A DNA stretch of 63,959 nucleotides, filler included, from Bigelowiella natans CCMP2755 (GCA_000320545.1; 6 parts of 6 records of this genome joined end to end with filler, not necessarily neighbours in it), one strand, 5' to 3'; shown: positions 1-11,824, counted from the whole stretch's first letter. The notes: generated by a model not told the origin, from the letters alone. Translations and numbers: made by a program.

Positions 1-380
1 TAGTCCTCCAGAGCTGTGGACAAGCTAAACAAGCTCATAAAGAGGAAGGATCATGGAGTTGCGAAGGTAGTAGTATTCCTGCTGCTGCATCGACGGTTTC
101 ATGCATGCGGCGTGTGTATGTGCGTGTAAGTGCTATCCTGCTCGGGTTTCGTGCTTATTGTTGTCGTTGTGCGTGCGTGTGCGTGTGTTTGTGCGAATTT
201 TCAGCTCGAGGTCGTTCTCTGTGTGGCCTCTGGGATCCCATCAAAGACGGTATTACTGTTTAGTCGTAGTAGGAGGAGTGGTAGCAGTCATTAGTAGTCG
301 AAGCTGTCTGGAAGTTGTACTTCGCAGCCTCCCAAGACAGGATGGTGTTATTGTTATTGAACGTCGCTGAATGGGCTTTA

Positions 381-427
<47 letters not shown>

Positions 428-968
428 CTGTATCGCGCGCGCGCACACACACACACACACACTCTCGCTCCTCCTTCCTCTTCCTGCTTGTTCCCTCCCC
501 CCTCCTTTTCCCCTTCGCCTAGACGAAGAAAATGGACGGCGCCTTTGTGCTCCAGAGATCACTGACAGAGAACCAGGTAGGAGAGAGATGCTTGGCGACG
601 ACGATGATGACGATGATCATGATGATGCTGAAACGCAGTGCTTTGCGGTGTCTGGTTTGGAGGTTACTACCTCGCTGTTTGTCCCCCCCCCCCCCCCTCC
701 AAAACTTTGGCAAGTAACTTTGCAAATCATGTGTTGCTGCTGTACAGGCAAACTACCTCTACTCCCTCAAAGAGCAGGCCCGTGACATGCGCAAGAAGAA
801 GGTTTTTCCGACATGAAAACTTGGGGGGGGGTGGCGTGTGGGGATCAGCATTATCTCCATTGCTTGATGGTGTGACCAAATGCCGCGACAACCTCATCAG
901 GCACAGGTTGAGCAGGAAGCACGTCGCCAGGAGTTCAAGTTCAGACTAGACGGTAGTGATACGCTTCA

Positions 969-1007
<39 letters not shown>

Positions 1008-1617
1008 TAGTCGTTGTTGTAGCTGTAGTCGTCGGTTAGGGGGGCTGGCGGTGACGTCAACGACGATGGATGTAGTCTATCTCTCGGGGAAAAGGGAGGG
1101 ATTTGTTCAAGTCGATACCAGAGCCGCCCTTAGCTCGCATTCGCTTTGTTTATTTTCGATCTTCTTAGTTGAGGCCGAGAAGGAGGAGCGGGAGGATATC
1201 CAGGTACCAGCCACGGAAGGGGGGGGGGGGGGCAGCGGAGGGGGCAATCGAAAGCATGCACACACCACCCACAGCACGAATAGAAGAGATAATGGCTCAC
1301 ATCCAAATGCCGTCGGAGATAATTGTTTTTCCGATTTAATTCCAAGCCATCCTCACGCACATACATGCGCGCGCGCGCAAAGGCACACATGTTCGTGATG
1401 AGAGCGACCCCGTTTTTCTCCTCTCCTTTTGTTGTTGTTGTTGCGAATCGCCTGGTGTCGATATATTCCCAATTCCTTGCTCTGCACAAAGGCTTCCAAG
1501 TTCAATCACTACCAGAATCTAGCGGAGCCGCCTCCAAAGACGCACCCCAAGCGTCGCGACGAGCCCGCGAGTAATAATAGGGGCCAGTGCGCAGAGGGGG
1601 GATGCTCCCTAATGTAG
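1..1617 (+). CDS. 3' part of a multi-exon hypothetical protein with coiled coil and C-terminal CaaX (CSLM) prenylation motif
   Basis: Short exons with GT..AG borders join into one frame (...ANYLYSLKEQARDMRKKK|AQVEQEARRQEFKFRLD|VEAEKEEREDIQ|ASKFNHYQ...GQCAEGGCSLM*). Introns are microsatellite-rich and the 5' end lies outside the window. Confidence 0.6.
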
Positions 1618-2160
1618 TCAGAAGGGGTGCGGCCAACAGACGACCTTATGCTTTAGCAGCCTTCGTATTATCGCGCTAAGGAGTGATAAAGACTAATGAC
1701 ACCAAGAAACACGGTCCTCTCATCTCAAACATATTCGTTAGTGTTGGGTGGCGGTCTATTCACTATTTGATCGATGGAGTGCCGCGGGCTGCTACCGCTG
1801 CACATGCAGGCAGTTCATCTCGCGTTGTAAAGGCGCACATGTCCTCTCCACTCATTGTAACACTCAATAAATTATACTCATCAACCCCAGAGCGGCTCCT
1901 TCTGGCTGGCCGTCAACAGGCGGTACGGCTTGCTGCATCCGTGGATTATTTACTATCGAACCACAAGCTGTCGCTTTATTGCTAGAGATAAAGTCCTTCC
2001 TTGAGTCTCACGTTACTTCTTCTTGTTGCATGAATGGTTCCAGCTAGCAGGGTTTGCGCGGCCGTGCGCAAGATCATGAGGATGCATTCGCATCGGCAGA
2101 AACATGAGCCACATTCAGTGCAAGCATGCAATGAGCTCGCGCGCAGCAGACTGATGCACC

Positions 2161-2356
2161 ATGCCCCACATTTCATTTCCCATCTGCCGTCAGTGGGGGG
2201 AAATCGCAAAATTTTCATTTCAAAAATCACCTGCTGACGACCTGCTGCTGAACTGAATTGCTAGGATGACATGGCAAAATCACAGGCACATCCCATGTGT
2301 TTTGTGAAAACAATCTTTGTTGAAAATGACATGGCAAAAATCTGCAGCAAAGCATT
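2161..2356 (+). repeat. Left terminal inverted repeat
   Basis: Near-identical to the reverse complement of 4000-4195. Mismatches are transitions apart from a short patch at about 2211-2227 and a 1-bp indel. Confidence 0.9.
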
Positions 2357-2466
2357 GCGTCATCACCCACACAGCAGAATTTCTCATGCATCATGGAATC
2401 AAGTCTCCTTTTCCTCCAGTTCCAGAACACCTGGAAGGACAAATGGGTGCTGGCCGAGCTCCGATT

Positions 2467-3368
2467 TCAGCTGGGGAAAACCATCAACTTTTCCACGTTC
2501 TGCAACTTTCCCATTGGATTTTGCACAGGATTGGCAGGCAAAATCTTTGACGCAGTCTTTGCCTCCACGCGAACTTCCCTCTGGGAGAACAAAAATGAGT
2601 GAACCTGCAATGAACATTCATTGCATTCTGCTTCTTTTTTTTTCTGTTCTGGTTCTTTGATTTCGTGATTGAGCAAACAAGCATGATTGTCATGAACCAC
2701 AACTCTGAAGTTTCGTGGTGATGTGTGCTTGTTGCATTTCTCAGGTGCAAGTTTGTCAACCAAATCATGCATGCTGTCGCAAACGGTTGGTCCCAATTTG
2801 CATTTTTCAAAAAACTTTTTTGTTTCTGTCAATGCAATGGCATCATCCTTTTTTTTCTCTTTTTTTCCTGCAATGTTGCAAAGAGCATCGTGAGCAAGAT
2901 TTTCACACTTGGATTTTTCAAATGAATTTTCGCAAGAGTTCACAATGGCATCAAACACACAAGAGTTCTCTCTGTTGCACCTTTCAGGTTGATGGAACAG
3001 ATCACCAAAAGTTTCAGCACTTTGGTCAATTTCACACTTGAGGCATTTGCAATTCACAGCCACATCGTTGTCATCACTTTTTGCTGTGATTTCCTGATTT
3101 CACCAATTTCGTGTTCACTCAATGATTCATCATCGCACGACCCATTGCAAACAATTTTGATGCAATCACTGCACGTTCCTTTGAAAGCACGAAAAAAAAA
3201 TTGTGAAAAAAGGTGAATCAAGACCGAATCAAAGTTCAGCCTCTTGGTCTGGAGCCAGGTTGCATTCTGTTCTGCTTGGTGGACCATTTCGTGATGTTGA
3301 CAAGAAAGCAGTTGACAAGTGTGACGTTCCTTTGTTGAAATGAAAAATCCATGGCAATGCAATGTCAA
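2467..3368 (-). pseudogene. Frameshifted relic ORF of the TIR element, possibly of Polinton-like/viral origin
   Basis: ORFs 3054-3368 and 2467-3063 abut in different frames. The 198-aa part is K/E/N-rich with 0 Tyr and 14 Cys, and reads like a normal low-GC protein when C/H are restored to Y (KFFEKYKLGLTVYD, DNHAYLLN). Confidence 0.6.
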
Positions 3369-3999
3369 AAAAGCGTGGCATCACTTTGTCCATTGTGAAT
3401 CAACCAAAAGACAGAAATGCTTGTTGGCAGTTCATTCCAAACGTCACTCAAGTGAACACATGGCTTCCATGAGAATGAACCCAATGTCAGGTGAAAGCTT
3501 CAAAGAGGCCCAAGAGAAGCAGAGGGGGGCAGACAGACGGTGGTCTGTTTGGATTCAGTGTTGATGCAGATGACCTGATTGTGCATGCACGCAGTGCAGG
3601 TCACGCACGTCACGCTGGCTGGGGGAAAGTGCCCAAACCACACGCATCACGTGGCGATGCATGGTGCTGCTGGTGAAGCAGATGGTCAGGCTTGCTTCCT
3701 TTGTTGGCACAAAGGAGCCGCGTGCAGCGATGTGCTGCGACTTGCACGTCGCAGGCACAGAACTCGCCTGCACTTGCAGCCTCTTGCCACGTGCTTGTCG
3801 CAGCCTGCAAACGCCCGCAGATCTCTCTGCTGTTGCAGCTGGCCACTGCAAGCAAGCACTTCGCGCGCTGAGTGCAAAGCACTCCAACAAAGATCCAAGT
3901 TGTTCTTCCGTCAGCTACTTGTCTGATGGCTTTCCGTTTTTTGATTTGAACGTTCTCACTTGTTGTTTCAGGTGAGAACAAACTTGCAGTGTTTTCAAC

Positions 4000-4195
4000 G
4001 ATGCTCTGCTGTGGATTTTGCCATGTCACTTTTGACAAGGATTGTTTTCACAAGACACGTGGGATGTGCCTGTGATTTTGCCACGTCATTCTGGCAATTC
4101 AGTTCAGCAGCAGGTCGTCAGTGGGTGAAGTTTTGGAATTTCAAGTTTGCGATTTCCCCCTGCTGACGGCAGATGGGAAACGAAGTGTGGGGTGT
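4000..4195 (-). repeat. Right terminal inverted repeat
   Basis: Reverse complement matches 2161-2356. Confidence 0.9.
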
Positions 4196-4561
4196 GTGTA
4201 GCGCGTACCACTACGCGGGCACAAGTCACGTGCGACAACAAAGGGGTTGTCGCGGATATAGAATATAGATAACGTAGATATTAATACAGCATAGGCACGT
4301 GGGTTCCGGCGGGACTCATGGCAGCACACCGGAAGTGTGCTGCCCCACGTGCGGCGGCATTCGCGAAAGCTTCGCGAATGATTACGCAGTGCACGATTTA
4401 ATAAAAATATAATCTTTAATAAAAATAAACACAACTCTTCAAAAGGAAGCAAACGTGCCTTTCCCCCCCCCTGCCTACTTGTGCACGTAGCGCCTCGGCC
4501 TGTGAACACCTTACGCGCAACAACCTTTGGCTTCCACACACGGGAAACGATTTGACTAACA

Positions 4562-4722
4562 ATGTCACAGCAGCTAGAAGAACAGCAGGACTTTGGCTCG
4601 CAGGCCGTGCAAGGGCACGAGCAGAAACAGAAAGGAAGGGCGATACGGACGCTAAGGAAGAGGAGGAACACCTCCACAGGCACCGCCGGGACCAGCACCC
4701 GGGATAGAAAGCAGATGCAGCA
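4562..4722 (+). CDS. Possible first exon of a hypothetical gene, truncated by gap
   Basis: ATG-initiated open frame (MSQQLEEQQDFGSQ...) after a promoter-like region. No homology recognised. Confidence 0.3.
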
Positions 4723-4822
4723 NNNNNNNNNNNNNNNNNNNNNNNNNNNNNNNNNNNNNNNNNNNNTTAATTAATTAANNNNNNNNNNNNNNNNNNNNNN
4801 NNNNNNNNNNNNNNNNNNNNNN
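4723..4822. other. Artificial contig spacer
   Basis: N44-TTAATTAATTAA-N44, with stops in all six frames. Confidence 0.98.
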
Positions 4823-5081
4823 GTGGGGGGGGGGGGGGGGAAGGAGTGTAGTAGTAGTGGTAGTCGGTGGTAGTGGTAGTAGTAAATCGTAGTAAGAGGA
4901 GGAAGATGGAGAAGGCATGCTGCTGATCGTCGGTTGTTCATTAGATAATAATGATGATGGTAGTGATGATGACAATGGTGATGATAATGATGATGACGAT
5001 TGTGGTCATCAGCGGTAACAACCCTCCCATTTTTATTGATATCGTTCTCCTCCTCCTCCTCCTCCTCCTCCTCCTCCTCAG

Positions 5082-6684
5082 GTCATCGTCCTAGCAGGGA
5101 TATTGAATTTGAGCGTGCTGATTCTCGTATTCTCCATCAATAAAAGCTGGGTGGGTAGTAGCATGATAACTATGCTTAAAAGTACTGCTACTACTAGTAG
5201 TAGTAGTAGTAGTTGTTGTTGTTGTTGTTCTTGCAGTGATTAGTTATGGTGGTGGCAGGGAGTATTAGTTTTACGTTCACTTGCCGTTGCTTGATGACGT
5301 GTCCCTAAAGTTGTGCACACCACCACCACCACCACCGCCGCCGCCGCCATTGTCAATCATTCGAATCGTGTCCATATTCATTAAAAAGAACTCCGTTATT
5401 ATCAGGGTGTTCCCGACCTTCCCTTCGCAATGGGGGACACCGTTGTCGTAGACATGTCGCAGACTTTACTTGGGTTCCCGCTATTGATGCTAGTAGCTAC
5501 CATAGCTCAAAATGGCGTTGAAGGCTCAACCTACTCTCTGATTAACAGCATTAGTGATGCAGGAGGTGAGAGGAGGAGGAGGAGGAGGAGGAGGAGGAGG
5601 AGGAGGAGGAAAATGTGTATGGTTTCGAGACGAGCACTGATATCTGAAGAAAATAGATACGGCAATGACAACATGCTGCAATAAGAACATCTGCAATGGA
5701 GAAGGAGAGTTGTGGTTCTTGTGTGTTAGAGAGAAAGGGCAGGAATGATGGGTTTTATGCGTGTGCACTTCTTCTCATCATATGTCATACCCACTACTCC
5801 TTACACTAAAAAACATCGATCTATCGATCAGGAACCGTAAGCAGCTCCGTTTCCGCACAGCTTATAACGGTTACTATTCAATGATGCAATGAAAAACAAC
5901 TCAGTGGAAGTGATATGCTCGTAGCCATACAAACACAGAGGATGGGGGGCCAAAGGGGTAGATTTATGTTTTCTGATTTTGACTTTACCAGGCCTTTGGT
6001 GTCACACTTGAGGATTTCTCAAATTTATGGAAGCTGCTGCTGTTGTGCTCGTTGTTAAGACTTGCCGCACTGCCCTTCATTCCATTGCTCCCCGAAGTAA
6101 GAATTGTGGAGGATGATGATAGGAGAACGAGGACAAGGAGGAGTACTCTCGTCATCACCGAGGTGATTACGATATAAATGGAAAATAACTTTGAGCGATA
6201 AGCTGCTACTGACATTGTTGTTTATCGTTGTGTGCGGCCAAGGTTCCAAATCCCATTGAGGTTGTTGACGATGAAGAAGAAGTGCCACCTGGGAATGACC
6301 TCCCTCGCAAATATGAACAGAAGGGCCAGATCACAGACGAAGGAGGGGGGGGAGGAGGAGGGGGAGGGGATGATACAAAAGTATCATCGTCGTCTCATGT
6401 GTCCTCTACCGTCTATTCTCACATTACCACTGCGAGTGAGCGATTACAAGCCGAACGACTCGCCAAAGGTTCCTGGTCGGGAGGTTAGTACTCCTATTCA
6501 GTCAGCAGCAATGCGTTAAATTGAGTTTACAGCAGGCTGTGTTCTACTTCGATATCGTGCTACAACGTTGCATGTGTGACCCGTTTCTGATACATTGTCA
6601 GGATTTTTACTGCTGCTCCTGCTTGTTGGAGGAGTAGGTTGGTCAATCGGTACAACAGTCCGTGATATGATAAAAGCGAAATAA
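5082..6684 (+). CDS. Folate-biopterin transporter (BT1/FBT family, MFS), 3' exons
   Basis: Spliced exons GVPDLPFAMGD...LMLVATIAQNGVEGSTYSLINSISDAG|GTVSSSVSAQLIT|AFGVTLEDFSNLWKLLLLCSLLRLAALPFIPLLPE and a final TM exon match the BT1 C-terminal pattern. Confidence 0.8.
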
Positions 6685-7041
6685 AAGTTAAGAAATGTCA
6701 CCGCCACGCCGCGTGTCATCGCCGTATCGTGGACAATATCTAGAGATCTCGATGCTGCATGCGCGCGCGACATCATCAGCTGAAGTTATAAGTAACAAAT
6801 GCGTCAGAATGCTCTAAAGGGCTTATAGACTGCAGCCGTGTGTCTAGCGGTGCATACGTACATACGCTGCGTTACATTCTCACGTTGAGGCATGCGATCA
6901 TGTGCGTACAAGCTATAAGTGGCTATGCGATGCTTTTATGAGGCATTGTCACAAAGCAGCCGGTGGACATTTTGACCCATCTCAGGCTACCGCAAACTGC
7001 TGCTCTAGCATAGCTCTGCTGCATGCTACAATGGTCCATGG

Positions 7042-7237
7042 TAAGACGGATGTAATGAACAATCAATCAAATCTGTTCATAATGGTCATCCTCACATGTA
7101 GCTGTGCAATGCAACGGCTACAGCGCTAATATTGATACTGTTGGTCTCCGCTACGATCATGCACATGTGTTTCATGTAGATGTAATCAAACATCAATGTT
7201 CAAAGCTATGGTCATCCTACAATGTAGCCGTGCAGTG
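7042..7237 (+). repeat. Two copies of a ~70-bp dispersed repeat
   Basis: AGACGGATGTAATGA...GGTCATCCT...ATGTAGCTGTGCAATG at 7042-7111 and a degenerate copy at 7178-7237. Reverse-strand relatives at about 11165-11244, 16672-16741 and 16870-16930. Confidence 0.7.
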
Positions 7238-7623
7238 CCAGTCGTCTAGTACGTGGTGTCGTAAATGTATTTAATTAGACTTGTATACCAGACAAGCTAC
7301 GCTAGCTGCGGTATAACAGCACGATATAGTCTAGCAGTTGTCGTACGTACACATCTTGTACAATCTACCTAGCTAGATATGAGACAGATGCAATGAAACA
7401 GCTAAATTTTTAGTCCAGTCGCACCGCACTATGCACATATTTCGGCCGCTACTTTTCGCATGAGAAAAACCATCTTATAGCGCTGAAGCATGCTTTTGGC
7501 GACGTTTTCACTCGCTGCTCGTTAAGATTCACACGTATATTAATGAAGAAACAACCAGTTGTTCCGCCTCTTATTGCAACAATCTGTGATTTACAACACT
7601 TTCTAAGTGGCTGTATCTCAAGA

Positions 7624-9109
7624 CTACAATTCGCTGTTGAGAGCATCTATCTCAAACATTTTTGCCATATTTTCACCGATCATGGTCTTCACTTTGGCAG
7701 AATAATGACCAATCTTGTGCGACGTTAAGTAAGCGTCTAATCTTGGTAAATATGGAAGAGGTTTCTTGAGTAATTCCTCCTTGGACTTCTTCAACCATTC
7801 CTCTTTACCCTCCATTTCCTCCTTGGATTTGGTCAATTTCTCCTCCTTAGATATTTCATTGCCACTCGTCTCTTCTTCCTTCTTCTGCTCTCTCACTTTC
7901 CTCAATTGCTCTTCAACTGTTGCCTTTTGCTGTTGGATGCTAGCCATTTGCTGCTGTACAGCTGCCAACTGATGTTGGATCTGGTCCCTCACTCTTTTGA
8001 CTCCCTTTTGTGAGGATTTAAACTTTCCTTGGTCTTGTATGAGCTCATCTATACTATTGCTCATTATCTTAAGATTTGCTTCAAAAGGAGCGTCTCCACC
8101 CAGATCCAATCGATCGAACTCACAGCTGTTGATGATGAAGGGATAAAGCAATAAGACCGGGCAAATTTAAGAGACCCTAGAATATAGTAATACTACATAC
8201 CTGAAGCCGTCTTGCTCTTGCATCTCATACAAGAAAGCATGAATCAGATGGGAGTTGTGGACTTTCATCGGGATTTCCTCGAATATGTCGCCTGAGTCGA
8301 TCTTGTGCCTGGCGAAACTAGTAGCAACATCGTCCACTCAGCCAAGAAAATTGTATTGGATCTTCCTCAAACTTAAGACTTACTTTATGTGACTCCAATC
8401 CTTCTTCTTGTAGAACGCCATGAAGTGAGAGCTGAGACGATAGGCCTTGAGGCCAAGGTTCCCTTTGGTGGTTGTATGCGGGTCGTAGACCAACACGACG
8501 CTCTCAGGAATGGCATTCTGGAATTCGTATTGCACGCGGATTGTGTTGCTGGTGATCCATTCTCCAATGAAGGCGGATCGGTACCATCCCACTGTGTTGT
8601 TGTCGACGTTAACCTTATCCAGTAGCTGCATCATCTCCTTAATGAACTCTGTGGTGGATTGGGGGGGGGGTTCAGAACTCATAAGTCTAATCGAAAAATA
8701 CAGCAACCACTAGTTTCTGACATATGTGTTGTTGCCTCACCGTCATAATCTGCTTTGTTTTCTGCCGTTGGAAAAGCGTTCGTCACTTCGAGCTTTCCAT
8801 TCGCCTCGAGTCCCAGTAGCTGTCCGTCTGCGGTTGCGCCACCTTTACTCTCGTTGCAATGCTTGATGATTTGAAGCAGGGCCTGTATTTTACACATTTC
8901 ATCGTAGCATTAGGTATATCATTGTGATTCGAGGGAATGAATAACTTTGACTGAATGATGCTTTCTCAGCTTTCTCAGAAAAAACATTCTTTCGATAGAG
9001 CATATTCCGCATGAATGGCTCGACGGAGACAGAATGGCAACATGATTTTGGAACGTACCAGTCCGTCAACCTGGACCTCTTGCACACCAGGGTGAGTTTT
9101 AGATTCCAT
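7624..9109 (-). CDS. EIF3H: Eukaryotic translation initiation factor 3 subunit H (MPN domain), multi-exon
   Basis: MESKTHPGVQEVQVDGL|ALLQIIKHC...GQLLGL...LEVTNAFP; VNVDNNTVGWYRS; ESVVLVYDP...GNLGLKAYRLS; EIPMKVHNSHLI. Confidence 0.88.
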
Positions 9110-9761
9110 TTTTACTTCCTAGAAAAGGCCAGATGTGATGGAAAGTGCTCAGTGCGGGGGCGGCGGCCTTTTTTCGTGAAATTCCTCAAGATTGAGGCCC
9201 AACATGCCAGCAAATGTATTGTCGTAGATAAGAAATCACCATATTCTACACAAAAGTGTTCGCAGTTGCGGTTGTAAATTCCTGTCAATTTTTATGGGAT
9301 GTTTTGATGTAGTCATATGTTCAAAATCATTGTGATGAGGCCGTTTAGGTGCCGAAGTAGAATGTCAGCTCGATTCAGAACCTACCTAGATGTATCTAAA
9401 AATATTACCCTTATTTTTATCACAAAAATCGCATGCATTCTAAAACTCCGAGGTGCCATATAATTCATATTTCTAATTACTTTAAGACTTCATCGTACTG
9501 AAGACGCAGATATAAAATGCATGATATTTCGTTCCAAGTTTTCCCCCGATAAATTAGACGTTTGATTTTTAACAAAATTGCACTTCATTTTGCCTTCTAG
9601 ATCTCTCCTTCTCCGCCCGAAGGCCGATCCTCGAATTGGCAAGCATAGTGAAAATCGCCTGCATACTCGTAAAGACTTTCTCGTTGAGATTCGAAGTGTT
9701 TCTTTTGGCGCCTTTCCCCCATCCCACTTCCGTATCTCTCACTACTGAAGGGAGTGAAATA

Positions 9762-10466
9762 ATGCCAGCTTCCAAAAAACGAGCAGCGGCAGTCATAGCA
9801 GCCCGCACCAACAAACGAAAAAAGAAAAAAAAGGGGAAGAAGGTATAGCGTACCAGTTTCACAACGTTGAAAAGCTAAATGTGGAGAATGTCCGCTCTCT
9901 TGTCATGTTAACTCGCTCTAATGTACAGTGCCAACAGTTTCTAGCTCTTCTCTTCATAACTAAAATTTTCTGATCAGCGTGCCCCAGGAGCTTTCATTAT
10001 CTACAGCAACAGCATTAGAGAGGACATCAAGGCAGAGTTTCCAGAGCTGAAGGTTAATAAACTCAATTCAGCCTCGATTCGAATTTTCTACGAAATTTTG
10101 TTCCAAACATACTTTTGAAAGAAGTTTCGTCAAAGTCGGAACTATAAATTTCTAATTACAATAACGAGTGGAACCTCTGCCAACTTCGCTTCCCTGTCTA
10201 CTTCGCTCCCTGTCAATCATAAGTATGTTATTTCATCAATAATTAATTAGTTCACCGATATTGGGAAGAAAATTGGGGAAAAGTGGCGCGCACTTACCAA
10301 TGATGAAAGAGACGTATGGAAAAAAAAATCTGAAGAAATTAAATTAAAAATTCAAGCAGAACAAGAGGCTGAAGAGCTAGAAGCAAAGCAAAGACTTGAA
10401 GAAGCTACCACAAATGGATTCTCACGTGATGTAGAGCATGACCTTGGACTTCCTGAGTTGACTTAG
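9762..10466 (+). CDS. Single HMG-box protein (Nhp6/HMGB-like), 3 exons
   Basis: Basic N-terminus, then RAPGAFIIYSNSIREDIKAEFPELK|FTDIGKKIGEKWRALTNDERDVW. Confidence 0.9.
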
Positions 10467-11164
10467 TATGTGGTTTCGTCGCTTAAATATACAAATATAA
10501 TAAGGTCAAAATCCAATGCAAGTATAACTATAAAGCCCTAAGTTAGTTGAGAATCTAGAGCTAACGCCCAATGGAGTCGAAAATTCAATCCAATAAACAG
10601 ATCCGTCCCACTTTATGTAAGTTGTCCCGTACTGAATGTACATCTATCAAGTGCGTAGTTATGAATGGAGTGATTTCAAAGCTACGAGTATGCGGGTTCA
10701 ACTATATTGGATTGCAGGGAATGTGTTCATGCTTTCCTCGTTATCATTACCGCCATTGTGCAGGTGATGTGACGCTATACATAGCATGTGTCGTTATTAG
10801 GTACAGAATCATACGTTTATTCTCTGAGCATGCATGAAATTAAAGGTATGTAAGTCGAATGTTAGTAGAAACAGCGGCTTCGCCACCATATCACATGATT
10901 TGCAGCACATTTCACTGCGAAATCGTTCCGCACATACAGACATCGCCACACGCACAGGCACCCGCACTGTAAACATGCCGCGCTATAAATGCATAAAAAT
11001 GCCAGTTGACCTCATGCACAATTTGACTCTACATGTAGCAGACACAACAGGAATGTGGGGTACACAACTATAGACAACACATCTAACCACAATGAGTGAG
11101 CCCGCTATGCTAGCGCATATTATAGATCTAGAGATAGAGCCACACGAGCATTCTAGCATTGCTA

Positions 11165-11244
11165 CATTGCACAGATATACATAACTAGATAAGGATGGCC
11201 ATTCTAGCATTGAACAAATTCAATCGATAAATTACGTCCGTCTT
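11165..11244 (-). repeat. Copy of the ~70-bp dispersed repeat
   Basis: Reverse complement reads taagacggacgtaat...tgttcaa...atggccatcct...tgtgcaatg. Confidence 0.55.
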
Positions 11245-11824
11245 ATTACATGAACCGACGCTGGCTAGCTGGCAGAGCTAGAAAGTGCCACGCTACGTAC
11301 ACTTTGGCGCGTATGTACGTATGTAATAGACATAGTAATAGCATATATAATATATATATATATATATATATGATATTACGTGTCTATAATAAGGATGTAT
11401 CCGTATCCGCTTATAATATATTAATATGTATACTGCAGACTTGGGATCTGCGATTGTAATGCTGCGGTTGTTGTGTTGCATGTAGAGTAGCGCTACTGTC
11501 AACTTATAATAGCATGTAGTAGCGACACACATATACATGTACACAGCAGCGCAGTATCCACCTCAGTTAGAAGCAGATTGTAAGCAAGGGAACGTGTGTC
11601 TCTTAGGTGACGCGTTGGTGTACATACTATAGCGATGTCGCTGTACATGTTGTATGACGTCTCGTACCGGGTAACGTAGACCAAGAGAATGTATGTACAT
11701 TTTATAACAGCGTGGCGACTAGCCCGAATGTATGATAATAGCGTGATGGCTCGCCTCTTGGCCTCACAGCACATTCTGAGAATATGCAGAAAAGAACGAT
11801 CCGATCGTGTCGCCTCTCAAAGTC

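Larger units (their letters stand above)
2161..4195. mobile_element. ~2-kb hypermutated non-autonomous element with terminal inverted repeats
   Basis: 2161-2356 aligns to the reverse complement of 4000-4195 (e.g. tttcccatctgccgtcag and ctgacgacctgctgctgaactgaattgc). The interior carries a degraded minus-strand ORF. A TSD could not be resolved. Confidence 0.85.

Noticed and set aside
2034-4166. Many overlapping Cys/His-rich ORFs in all six frames (also at 40.8-41.7 kb) as metal-binding proteins
   Set aside because: Artefact of losing TAA/TAG stops and TAY codons.
2047-4198. CpG methylation decay or classical RIP as the cause of the TG/CA excess
   Set aside because: CpG is still common and TpA is nearly absent. 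CpG decay does not remove TpA, RIP would increase it, and loss of Tyr requires TA as the source.
4295-4352. Hammerhead ribozyme or tRNA in the hairpin cluster
   Set aside because: No CUGAUGA/GAAA core and no tRNA T-loop consensus on either strand.
4723-4822. TTAATTAATTAA as a biological repeat (five occurrences)
   Set aside because: Identical N-flanked assembly linker; adjacency across these gaps is unproven.
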